From positions 254,165 through 318,164 of the IMG/VR virus record IMGVR_UViG_3300042465_005589: a DNA stretch of 64,000 bases; one strand, given 5' to 3'. Below, piece by piece: positions 30,501-38,596 of the stretch. The notes under the pieces were generated by a model that was given only the letters and a program-made list of their open reading frames with translations, was not told the origin of the DNA and ran no database searches. Position numbers and translations under genes: made by a program. The stretch's first letter is position 1. Every line of letters starts with the position of its first letter.

Positions 30501-30903
30501 TAACACAATTAACTGTAGTTGCACTTTCACAAAAGAAATCAACCGTTGTCGGGTTAACATTCGCTTTTGTGGTGATAGACCAAGATGGTCCTGCGTCGTA
30601 ACCAGATAATCCTAACACTCTTGTTACGAATAATTGGTTAGATTGTTGTAAGTATGATTTAGCAATATAAGCCGCTTCGTACTTTGGAATTTGTGTATTT
30701 ATAAATTTTTCTGGAGAAGTTCCACCGAAGAAATTTGTGAATTCATCAAAATTTCGTATAAAGATAGGCTCGAAAGCGGGACCTTTTAAGGTCTCACCCA
30801 CAATACCCAACGTGGTAACTCCCACACTTTGTGCTACGAAACTTAAATCAACTTCAGAAGTATATACTCCGGGAGATACGAATACTTTTTGATTTGATGC
30901 CAT
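27577..30903 (-). CDS. Tail sheath protein, gp18-like, with Cys/Thr-rich insertion
   Basis: VSPGVYTSEVDLS, VFVTPGID, RINVRRLL, IYIKPTKSLEFI. Start set at MASNQ (30903); promoter motif at 30941-30948. Confidence 0.92.
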   Translation of the reverse strand: MASNQKVFVSPGVYTSEVDLSFVAQSVGVTTLGIVGETLKGPAFEPIFIRNFDEFTNFFGGTSPEKFINTQIPKYEAAYIAKSYLQQSNQLFVTRVLGLSGYDAGPSWSITTKANVNPTTVDFFCESATTVNCVTECIDFKTINYSVEFSACTNSINTVSFTNTSSLPSEISSILYEPYEQFDGSMSTLFDDMSSQIFDIVSTPAKEDTSINYYGAIPTSVYSGLSSVYTGETNVYGVDNVSSNLCNYSAPQNDPWYYSLFDNVGNASYTGFSFWSVVTGLTLTPIITTTTSTSTTTSTTNPCTTTTSTSTTSTTTAKPVNCYTGTLIGVIYIYSGTAYTDYDDLVVATLRSRGLSTYGLENGPVYEVSGLTDVSLDCTGTYSGVTKNPFSTFGVNITSKDGDQYFFETSLSNSDSKYISKVFGSTNFSKPRTVVPLFVEERFQALLTNAWRMGYIRGLNCELTALPDARQSIDPTSIAFYLEKFQSPVSPWVVSELRGNKVYNLFKFTTIADGDSANIDIKISIANMSFNNGTFDVLIRDFFDTDSSPVVLEKYTNCSMNPQDNSFVGKKIGSLDGEYPLLSSYVMVEINEDAPIDALPCGFLGYDYREYAGVRPPFPLIKSKYYYPGEVVYNPPFGLASGADDSTTSAGDNVRRTYLGISDTEGIDVDFFQYKGTQLPLDICNDTEGNPWNFRTRGFHMDKNASGITIPNIFVTSGTPAFFCGDAPFTSDPDSELNPYYRIYARKFTFLVKGGFDGWDIYREFRTNKDEFMLGRKGYLNGSCPTIKYPTASGWGAFKQIIVAGNTQDWANTDYYAYLLGQQTFANPEAVNINVFVTPGIDYVNNSNLVESAIDMIEYSRADSLYVCTTPDYNMYVPSTGNQLDFIYPQEAVDNLANSGIDSNYTATYYPWVLMRDTVNNTQIYLPATAEVTRNLALTDNIAFPWFAAAGYTRGIVNAVKARVKLTQENRDTLYQGRLNPIATFSDVGTVIWGNKTLQVRQSALDRINVRRLLLQARKLISAVSVRLLFEQNDAKVRQDFLDSVNPILDSIRRDRGLYDFRVTVSSDAADLDRNQMTGKIYIKPTKSLEFIDITFYITPTGASFENI

Positions 30904-31026
30904 TAGTTTGTCTTTTTTATTTGTAAATTTATTTTTATTGATAAATATTATAAAAAAAACCAAAATACTTTACTTCATAAGAAGTATTTATAAATTAGGT
31001 AGAATAAATTCTGCCTTTATTCTACC

Positions 31027-31191
31027 ATGGCAGACAACGAAAAAAAGATAAAGAACCTAAAGATATCAATTGAGGTTCATAACGTCCTAAAGACCTATTG
31101 CGAAAAGAGGGGTATCAAAATGTATCGTTTTTTAGAAAGAATGATTGTTGAGAATTGTAAAGAAAAGAAGGATATATACGGCGAGAATTAA
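31027..31191 (+). CDS. Unannotated 54-aa ribbon-helix-helix-like protein
   Basis: Manual translation MADNEKKIKNLKISIEVHNVLKTYCEKRGIKMYRFLERMIVENCKEKKDIYGEN; TATTTATA at 30985-30992. Confidence 0.65.
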   Translation: MADNEKKIKNLKISIEVHNVLKTYCEKRGIKMYRFLERMIVENCKEKKDIYGEN

Positions 31192-32225
31192 ACTAATTGG
31201 TTTTCTAACACAATTGAACCCTCTTGAGTATCATTAGATTTAACTACTATAATTTTTAAAACATCATTGGTATTGATTTGTATTTGATACAAATCTGACC
31301 CATAATATTGATTATTAATGTACACATCAAACGAATCTATATTAGTTGTTTCACCTAAATTTAAATCAACAGTATAATCAAAAACTTGTGAAATAATATT
31401 ATTTCCAACAACGAATAAAATATTTGTTGATGTAGATTCATCGGCAATATTTTTTCTTCTTCCACGCATGAACGATTCTTTTTCAAATTCAATAACAGTT
31501 AAAACTCTTGAAACCGCCGGAGCAACTTCAAATTCATTTTCATCAATTAAGAATCCTAACATTGTAAAATCATAACTTTGAATATAATATTTTCTTTTAT
31601 CAATATTCATAACTGACTCATCAGTAATGTTATTCATGATGATTGGAATATAATGACCTTTGATAGTTGTATATGCTTGACGAGAGGAAAACATTTCAAG
31701 AATATTTTTATTAAACTCGTTTAATTCTCTCATTCTATTACAAATTATTTTAACACTATATGTAATATCAACAGGTACCGGTTGAGGTATTTTATAAATA
31801 TCCATACCATTTCTATTACCATCCCACGTTGGTACTTGAGCATAAAAATATTGTTTTCTATTTGGTATGTTATATAGTAATGCAGGGTTAGTACCAAATT
31901 TAACTTCGGGATTTCTAACAACCGTAATAAATGGGGGTGAGACATTAGAATCCAAATCTTGAAAATTCCAAGTTTCAGTAAATTGAGACCAATTTTGAGC
32001 CGTTATTAAAATATCAATTGATGGTATAACATTACCATCCACAATAGTCTGTAATTCATTCTGAACAAAGTTTAACATTCCCCCATCCAAATCGGCATGT
32101 AAAATGGACTTAGGTAAATAAGTTCCGTCTTTATTAATTTTCTCCAACAACTCTTCTCTTCGTGGATATAGAGTTTTTGGAAACGTTAAGGGAATTGTTT
32201 TCTTTATTTTGTTTGGTAAACCCAT
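31188..32225 (-). CDS. Tail completion/terminator protein, gp15-like (putative)
   Basis: PQPVPVDITYSVKI...YYIQSYDFTMLGFL; lies between neck and sheath genes. Confidence 0.55.
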   Translation of the reverse strand: MGLPNKIKKTIPLTFPKTLYPRREELLEKINKDGTYLPKSILHADLDGGMLNFVQNELQTIVDGNVIPSIDILITAQNWSQFTETWNFQDLDSNVSPPFITVVRNPEVKFGTNPALLYNIPNRKQYFYAQVPTWDGNRNGMDIYKIPQPVPVDITYSVKIICNRMRELNEFNKNILEMFSSRQAYTTIKGHYIPIIMNNITDESVMNIDKRKYYIQSYDFTMLGFLIDENEFEVAPAVSRVLTVIEFEKESFMRGRRKNIADESTSTNILFVVGNNIISQVFDYTVDLNLGETTNIDSFDVYINNQYYGSDLYQIQINTNDVLKIIVVKSNDTQEGSIVLENQLV

Positions 32226-32226
32226 T

Positions 32227-32673
32227 TTATTGTTTTGTTATAAATATTTTGTTTCTTGAATTTATCATTTCTACTTCACCGGCACGGTATATTGGTTCTT
32301 CGGTGTCTTTCATAACATAAGAATTATATTTGTAAGGGTTATAGGTTACAATATTATTATTAGGTTCACTTGGTAAATTTTCACAAGGGAACTTACAATA
32401 ATCCATTAATGTTCCAATCACAAATGAATGAACATTCTTTCTTTTTTCTTTTATAACCTTTTCTCTACCTCCCGGTCTAACTCTAAATTCAACGTCAGAT
32501 AATTTAACATAGTCACAATGATTAACAACTAATCCTTTATAGATAATTGAGAATGTCTGTTTATGTAAGTTATAATAAATCATAACTTTTTTACCTATGT
32601 AATCATTTTCTTCTTCATCTGAAAAATTTTCAAATATTCTTCTATATTGATTTTCGTTAATTATAATTTTCAT
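32227..32673 (-). CDS. Hypothetical phage protein with MKIIINE leader
   Basis: Likely start MKIIINENQ at 32673; YYNLHK...EKRKNVHSFV core. Confidence 0.65.
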   Translation of the reverse strand: MKIIINENQYRRIFENFSDEEENDYIGKKVMIYYNLHKQTFSIIYKGLVVNHCDYVKLSDVEFRVRPGGREKVIKEKRKNVHSFVIGTLMDYCKFPCENLPSEPNNNIVTYNPYKYNSYVMKDTEEPIYRAGEVEMINSRNKIFITKQ

Positions 32674-33076
32674 AATTGTAATATGTTGACACGGTTTTAA
32701 CCGGTAATTTAAAATTATCTTCAAACCATCTTTTCATTGGTTCTTCCCAATGGTTACCAAACATAGTATCTAAATTTTCTCCATATTCACCCATAACCTC
32801 TAAAACAGGTGCTTTTTCTCTAAAAGGTTTTTGTGCAACATCATTTTCATCATAGAAATCAACATCAAAATAATGAAAAACGACATCTGAATCATATTCA
32901 CCTTGCCAATCACCTTTAAAGAAAATTAAAAAATTCTCATTATATTTGTCCATATCAGAATCGTCATCATCTTCATCTATACCATAAACCCAATCCATTT
33001 CATTTGGGTTAAAGGTTTTATCCAAATATTTATAGATTGTTTCAAATACTCTATTCTCTGTTATTATTACTTTCAT
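32657..33076 (-). CDS. Hypothetical protein with MKVIITE leader
   Basis: 139-aa acidic ORF, translationally coupled. Confidence 0.65.
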   Translation of the reverse strand: MKVIITENRVFETIYKYLDKTFNPNEMDWVYGIDEDDDDSDMDKYNENFLIFFKGDWQGEYDSDVVFHYFDVDFYDENDVAQKPFREKAPVLEVMGEYGENLDTMFGNHWEEPMKRWFEDNFKLPVKTVSTYYNYENYN

Positions 33077-33378
33077 ATTTCATTTACTCTATAAAAGGCT
33101 TTTGCTCTAAACCCAAATTTATTATTACACCAATTCAATAAAATTTTTCCCGTTTCTTCATAATCTAAACTAAACACCTCACTAATAAAATCCCATAATT
33201 CATTAACAATATATAATTGTTTCCCTCTCAAATTATACATAATTTTAAACAATCCATTTTTGGATAAATAAATTTCTCTAAATTCAGTACGATTAAATCT
33301 TTCTAAATCACTATAATTTTTATTTAACCAATTTGTTATAATTGAATTTAATTTATTTTCTGTAATAATTACTTTCAT
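33073..33378 (-). CDS. Hypothetical protein with MKVIITE leader
   Basis: 101-aa ORF; first 8 residues identical to the next gene. Confidence 0.65.
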   Translation of the reverse strand: MKVIITENKLNSIITNWLNKNYSDLERFNRTEFREIYLSKNGLFKIMYNLRGKQLYIVNELWDFISEVFSLDYEETGKILLNWCNNKFGFRAKAFYRVNEI

Positions 33379-33893
33379 TATAATCCTCTAAATTCATTCT
33401 CCGTTACCGGAGTCGCTACATATGATTTATAAAATGGTTTGTAACCGGCATATGTGTGTTTATTATCTGAATTAATTCTTCCATCATCGCTAACCACATA
33501 ATATCTAACTTTGGTTTCAGTTTCATAATAACCAATATAGTCACCATAATTAATTTGAATACCCAAATCATTAAGTTGTGCGGCATAAATTGAGAATTTC
33601 ATATTACCAGGTTCTGATTGAGTAATTTTAGAGTTACCTAAATATTTGGTCTCAGGTGGGAGTATTTGAACATAAGCTTTAATTTCAATTGGTGGTAAAT
33701 ATTTAATACCATCAGTCATAACCTCACCATAAACATCATCTGTTTTAGTTTTTAATCTATCTATCTTATATAGTACTAACGTAAAGTTCATATCACCATA
33801 TAACCATTCCTCCCCCATAGAGATGTCTAAGTCGTAATCCTCCGCTCCGAAGAACTTACCTATTCGTGTAATTGGTACTAATTGTCTGCTCAT
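33378..33893 (-). CDS. Neck / head-closure protein, gp14-like (putative)
   Basis: Start MSRQLVP at 33893; TDDVYGE...PPIEIKAYV...YGDYIGYY pattern. Confidence 0.55.
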   Translation of the reverse strand: MSRQLVPITRIGKFFGAEDYDLDISMGEEWLYGDMNFTLVLYKIDRLKTKTDDVYGEVMTDGIKYLPPIEIKAYVQILPPETKYLGNSKITQSEPGNMKFSIYAAQLNDLGIQINYGDYIGYYETETKVRYYVVSDDGRINSDNKHTYAGYKPFYKSYVATPVTENEFRGL

Positions 33894-34215
33894 CTTGATA
33901 TTTTTTTTGTCTTTCGTAATATGATTCCGATTGAATACTTGAATCATTGATTATAACTCTAACATCAAAATAATCTTTTATTGTTTTAGTAATCTCAGTG
34001 TTCCATGATTTTCTATTAAAATCTGAATTTCTCATATTTGAACTTCGTAAATATTCGCTATCATCAGGGACAACATATGTTACCCTCATATAATATTCGT
34101 CACCAGTATCATCAGTAGGTCTTAATTCATAAATAAGTTCAGACACACCATTAGGTTTAATGTGCTTTATCATTTTATTTATTAATCTTTCTAATGTTTC
34201 TTGTTCCATTCTCAT
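33856..34215 (-). CDS. Hypothetical protein
   Basis: 119-aa ORF; promoter motif at 34222-34229; overlaps next gene by 38 nt. Confidence 0.6.
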   Translation of the reverse strand: MRMEQETLERLINKMIKHIKPNGVSELIYELRPTDDTGDEYYMRVTYVVPDDSEYLRSSNMRNSDFNRKSWNTEITKTIKDYFDVRVIINDSSIQSESYYERQKKYQDEQTISTNYTNR

Positions 34216-34218
34216 ATA

Positions 34219-34247
34219 TTGATAAATATTAAATAATTTATTATATT
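34219..34247 (+). promoter_or_regulatory. Sigma70-type promoter upstream of the SNF2 helicase
   Basis: TTGATA-N17-TATATT, overlapping the divergent minus-strand motif. Confidence 0.55.
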
Positions 34248-34265
34248 TCTATTAAAAGATTAAAT

Positions 34266-36041
34266 TTGGAAAACAATACATCTGAAAATTCTAATTTAAC
34301 AATAGAACAACGAGCAATATCTATCCTTGAAACTTATCAGGGGGCGAATAACTATATCCTAAAATTAAAACACCAAAAGGAAACTAATAAAAGATTCTTC
34401 CCAACTCGGGCACAATCTGACTACATTATGAATTTTAATGAAGTAACTCCTAAGGTTGCAAAAAGATGGGTTGATTTAGACCCTTACTTCGCTAAAAAAA
34501 TTGCTGATGAAAAATTATTAATTAAAATCCCTGAACAGATATGGGTGGAAAAGTTATTAGTTGAGAAAGAAAAATCCTATCATGTTTGGGGAAAAGTGTT
34601 AGAATCCGAGACAATCCACGATTTTTGGTTACCAAAAGGAGCTTTGATTAAAACACACACAATAAAGAATATTGTTGTGGATTATTCAAAATACTCCAAT
34701 AGACCACCGTTAGAACATCAAAAAGAAGCTATTGAAAAACTTGCTGGGTCTAAAAGGTTTATCCTTGCCGATGATATGGGATTGGGTAAGACTACCGCAA
34801 CCATTATTGCTGCTTTAGAGACAGGTGCGAAGAAAATACTAATAGTTTGTCCGGCATCTCTGAAGATTAACTGGCAAAGAGAAATTGAGAACTACACCGA
34901 TAGAAGTGTTTACATCTCCGAAGGTAAGAATTTCTCAATAGAACACGATTTTGTGATTATTAATTACGATATTCTTAAAAACTTCTATGATTTAAAAAGT
35001 AAAACAGAATCTTTAATCTCACAAGGAAACTTTGATTTAATTATTTTGGATGAGGCACATTATGTTAGTAATGGACAAGCAGCAAGAACCAAACTTGTTA
35101 ATAGTTTCTCTAAAAGTTGTGAAAGAGTGTGGTTATTAACCGGAACACCGATGACTAACCGACCGATGAATTATTTCAATCTATTGGCACTTATTGAAAG
35201 TCCGGTGGCTCAGAATTGGATGGCTTACGCTATTAGATATTGTCAAGGTTATCAATTCACAGCGGGAACTCGTAAGATATGGAACGTAACCGGAGCTTCT
35301 AACTTAGAAGAATTGAGAGACAGAACATCAAGACAAGTTTTACGTAGATTAAAAACGGAAGTTTTAGATTTACCTGAGAAAATTATTACACCGGTTTATC
35401 TAAGGTTAAAGTCAAAACTTTATGAAGGGTTGATGGGAGAATACTATGATTGGTACAATAAAAACCCCGATGAGTCAACATCTCTAACAGTTCAGTTCAG
35501 TAAATTAATGAAGGTTCGTCAAGTGATTGCTGAAGAAAAAATTAAAGATACCATAGAATTAGCTGAGAATATTTTGGAACAAGATAAAAAAGTTATCATC
35601 TTTACCAACTTTACTGAGACATTAAACAGAATTGCCGACCATTTTGGAAAACAAGCGGTGAGATTAGATGGTTCAACATCAAAACCTCAACGACAATATG
35701 CGGTTGACCAATTCCAAGACAACGAAAAGATTAAAGTATTTGTTGGAAACGTAAAAGCCGCTGGTGTTGGAATCACACTAACCGCAGCCGAAGCTGTAAT
35801 CATTAATGACCTATCATTTGTTCCGGGTGATTTAGCACAAGCGGAAGACCGAGCATACAGATATGGACAGAAAAATTCGGTGTCAGTTTACTACCCAATA
35901 TTTGATAACTCAATAGAAGGAATCATCTACGATATGGTAAATCAAAAGAAACAAAATATTGGAACCGTGATGGGGGACAACATCTCTGAAAGAGGAGATT
36001 TTATCGGAGAACTTATGAATAAGATAAACAATCGGGGATAA
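34266..36041 (+). CDS. SNF2-family (SMARCAL1/HARP-like) helicase
   Basis: ILADDMGLGKT, VCPASL, ILDEAH, LTGTP, GVGITLT, QAEDRAYRYGQ. Confidence 0.92.
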   Translation: MENNTSENSNLTIEQRAISILETYQGANNYILKLKHQKETNKRFFPTRAQSDYIMNFNEVTPKVAKRWVDLDPYFAKKIADEKLLIKIPEQIWVEKLLVEKEKSYHVWGKVLESETIHDFWLPKGALIKTHTIKNIVVDYSKYSNRPPLEHQKEAIEKLAGSKRFILADDMGLGKTTATIIAALETGAKKILIVCPASLKINWQREIENYTDRSVYISEGKNFSIEHDFVIINYDILKNFYDLKSKTESLISQGNFDLIILDEAHYVSNGQAARTKLVNSFSKSCERVWLLTGTPMTNRPMNYFNLLALIESPVAQNWMAYAIRYCQGYQFTAGTRKIWNVTGASNLEELRDRTSRQVLRRLKTEVLDLPEKIITPVYLRLKSKLYEGLMGEYYDWYNKNPDESTSLTVQFSKLMKVRQVIAEEKIKDTIELAENILEQDKKVIIFTNFTETLNRIADHFGKQAVRLDGSTSKPQRQYAVDQFQDNEKIKVFVGNVKAAGVGITLTAAEAVIINDLSFVPGDLAQAEDRAYRYGQKNSVSVYYPIFDNSIEGIIYDMVNQKKQNIGTVMGDNISERGDFIGELMNKINNRG

Positions 36042-36080
36042 TCCGGTTGTTTAGATATTTATCATAATAAACAAGCCTAC

Positions 36081-37010
36081 ATGAAAAATATTAAAAATAA
36101 AATTAAACTCATTATAGAAAAGATTAAATCGGTGGAAAACCTTAGTAATCAAAAACCCTCCATTAATGAAATGAAAAAAATAGAAATTGAAAAACTTAAA
36201 TCTATTATATCTGAAGGTAAATCGGAAAGATGTAGTAGGGAAATGAACGAATCAATTAGAATGGTGTTTAACATTAACCCTAAAGTTAAAACAATTTTTA
36301 AAGACGGTATTAATCGAATGATGAAAGAAGTCTTCCCTGATAACTATTATGGAAATAATGAGTATAGTGAAGGAGAAGTTGCCGGAGTATATGATTTAGA
36401 AAAAGATGGTCGTTCTGTTTTAAATAAATTAAACACAAACTATAGTTGTTTTTGTATCTTATTAAACGATGTTAATCAAGTCTTAAAATCAAAAAATGAA
36501 CCCGAAATAAAAATTATTGGTTTAAAACCTTTTGAACAAATTAGTGAAGTTAAAAAACTTGTTAATGTTTTAGATGAATATAAGTCTAGAATTTTTTCAC
36601 AAAAATCCTCAACATTTCAAAATCTTATGAAAGTTTTAACTCAAACGGATAGTTGGGGTCAAGCTCGTGAAGATAGAACAATTCAAATATTGAAAAAACA
36701 ATTTGGTGAAAAAAATGTTAACGCCATTGGTAAACTTGGTAGTAAAGAAGATATGATTGGTGGTATTGATTGTGAAGTTATTATTGATGGAGTTAAAAAA
36801 ACCGCACAAATTAAACCTTTTACGGGGGAAAAAGAAATTGATAATTCTGTTATGATTTTAGGAACCGCAAATGTTAAAAGATATTCAACCGATTGGTTAA
36901 TTTTTACTAGAAATAATAAAGAAGTATTGGTCTTTGATAATAAACACTCAAAAATAATGGGTGGTCAGTATATTTTCCCTAAAGAAGACCTGATTTATAC
37001 ATTAAGTTGA
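36081..37010 (+). CDS. Putative PD-(D/E)xK nuclease
   Basis: GQARE...EDMIGGIDC...TAQIK arrangement; own promoter motif at 36055-36062. Confidence 0.5.
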   Translation: MKNIKNKIKLIIEKIKSVENLSNQKPSINEMKKIEIEKLKSIISEGKSERCSREMNESIRMVFNINPKVKTIFKDGINRMMKEVFPDNYYGNNEYSEGEVAGVYDLEKDGRSVLNKLNTNYSCFCILLNDVNQVLKSKNEPEIKIIGLKPFEQISEVKKLVNVLDEYKSRIFSQKSSTFQNLMKVLTQTDSWGQAREDRTIQILKKQFGEKNVNAIGKLGSKEDMIGGIDCEVIIDGVKKTAQIKPFTGEKEIDNSVMILGTANVKRYSTDWLIFTRNNKEVLVFDNKHSKIMGGQYIFPKEDLIYTLS

Positions 37011-37018
37011 TATTTATA
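37011..37018 (+). promoter_or_regulatory. Representative phage promoter motif TATTTATA (see findings for other copies)
   Basis: Found on the coding strand shortly upstream of about 17 gene starts. Confidence 0.7.
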
Positions 37019-37031
37019 AAATAAAAACGTT

Positions 37032-38174
37032 ATGGGAATATTAACAGGGGCTACATATCAAACAGCTATTATACCGGAACCAGAAAGAACTAAATTATAT
37101 ACAAGAATTAAACATCTTTTAGGAGCACCATTAAGGAGTGTTGAATTAGATGATGAACAAATGGATAGTTTATTAGAATTATCTATTGGTGATTATTCTC
37201 AATATATACAAGATTGGTTAATTGAGTCTCAATGGACTTCATTGTACAATTTAAATTTGGACACAGAATCATTATCAAGAGCTTTTGTAACCAAAAGTTT
37301 AGATTGGGAAACAAGATACACTTACGCATACTCTAAAATTGTCGGATTACAAGCCGGTGGTGATTGGGTTTTGAAAAAAGACTTTGTTCAATTAGTACCA
37401 AACCAACAAATATACGAAATTCCCGCAAACCGAGAGATAAATGAAGTATTATGGTTTACACCTTCAGAATTAAATGGGTTATTATTTGACCCCTGGACTT
37501 TTGGTGGTTTAGGTGGTGGTGGTTTTGGTGGACCCGGAGGTTTTGCTCAAATGGGTGCGTCAGGGTCATATTTTATGATGCCAGCATTTGACATGTTATT
37601 GAGAATGCAAGAAATTAATATTCAAAGAAGAATTATTGCGGGAGATTTAACTTACACAATAACAGCGTTACCTGAAGGTAAAAAAGCTCTTCACTTAATG
37701 AATACACCCGGTGGTAAATTTGATTTTGGTAATCAACAAATGGCTAGAGGTAAAGTTTGGTATTGGTATTATGATGTTGGTCCGGCAGATAGAGACAATT
37801 GTTTAAAAAACAATCCGGATATCATTAAACTTCCATCAGACGTTCCAATTGATTCAATGTCTTGGATTGATTTAAATAATCCCGCACAACAATTTGTGAG
37901 AAGATGGTTTACTGCTTATTGTAAAGAAACATTATCAAGAGTTAGAGGTAAATTTAGTGGTAATATTAAAACACCTGATAGTGAATTAACAATGGACTAC
38001 GCAACTTTGGCAACAGAAGGTAAGGATGAAAAAACAAAACTTGAGGAAGAATTAAAGTTAAGATTAGAAAGATTACGACCTGAAAAAATGATGGAACGAG
38101 AAGCTTTACTTGCGGAAAATTTAAATAAACAACTTAAGTTTAGAGCAATGCCAAGACAAATTTATGTAATATAA
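37032..38174 (+). CDS. Neck protein, gp13-like
   Basis: RIKHLLGAPLRSVELDDEQ N-terminus and RVRGKFSG...ELTMD C-terminal motif. Confidence 0.7.
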   Translation: MGILTGATYQTAIIPEPERTKLYTRIKHLLGAPLRSVELDDEQMDSLLELSIGDYSQYIQDWLIESQWTSLYNLNLDTESLSRAFVTKSLDWETRYTYAYSKIVGLQAGGDWVLKKDFVQLVPNQQIYEIPANREINEVLWFTPSELNGLLFDPWTFGGLGGGGFGGPGGFAQMGASGSYFMMPAFDMLLRMQEINIQRRIIAGDLTYTITALPEGKKALHLMNTPGGKFDFGNQQMARGKVWYWYYDVGPADRDNCLKNNPDIIKLPSDVPIDSMSWIDLNNPAQQFVRRWFTAYCKETLSRVRGKFSGNIKTPDSELTMDYATLATEGKDEKTKLEEELKLRLERLRPEKMMEREALLAENLNKQLKFRAMPRQIYVI

Positions 38175-38177
38175 TTT

Positions 38178-38564
38178 ATGAATAAAATATCTGATAGATT
38201 AACAAGAAAAACAATTAACGAAAAACGATTTTTAGGAAACACTTTAATCGAAATAGAAGAAACTAAAATAGAGATACCTAAAACAACCCCAATGAAAAAA
38301 ATAATTAATAACTTAGAATATAGAACAAATGGTGAAATATTAATCGTTATAAAAGATGTTGAGGCTTGTCATCTTACATTAGACTCAAATACGACCGAAC
38401 GTATAATTGTTAAAGCATTTACTAAAGTTTATATCCGACCAAGTTTTGGTAAAATAGACGAATATTACGATGAAATATTTATCGATTTAGGTGCGTGTGT
38501 CGAATTTTATTCGTTAGAAAATAATTGGTATATAGTTTCCTCAGATGGTTTAAAATTAGAATAA
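38178..38564 (+). CDS. Hypothetical protein
   Basis: 128-aa ORF coupled to the neck gene. Confidence 0.65.
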   Translation: MNKISDRLTRKTINEKRFLGNTLIEIEETKIEIPKTTPMKKIINNLEYRTNGEILIVIKDVEACHLTLDSNTTERIIVKAFTKVYIRPSFGKIDEYYDEIFIDLGACVEFYSLENNWYIVSSDGLKLE

Positions 38565-38591
38565 AAAAAGGTGTCGAATACGACACCTTTT
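38564..38591. terminator. Bidirectional intrinsic terminator
   Basis: AAAAGGTGTCG-AATA-CGACACCTTTT between convergent genes. Confidence 0.88.
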
Positions 38592-38596
38592 CTGTT

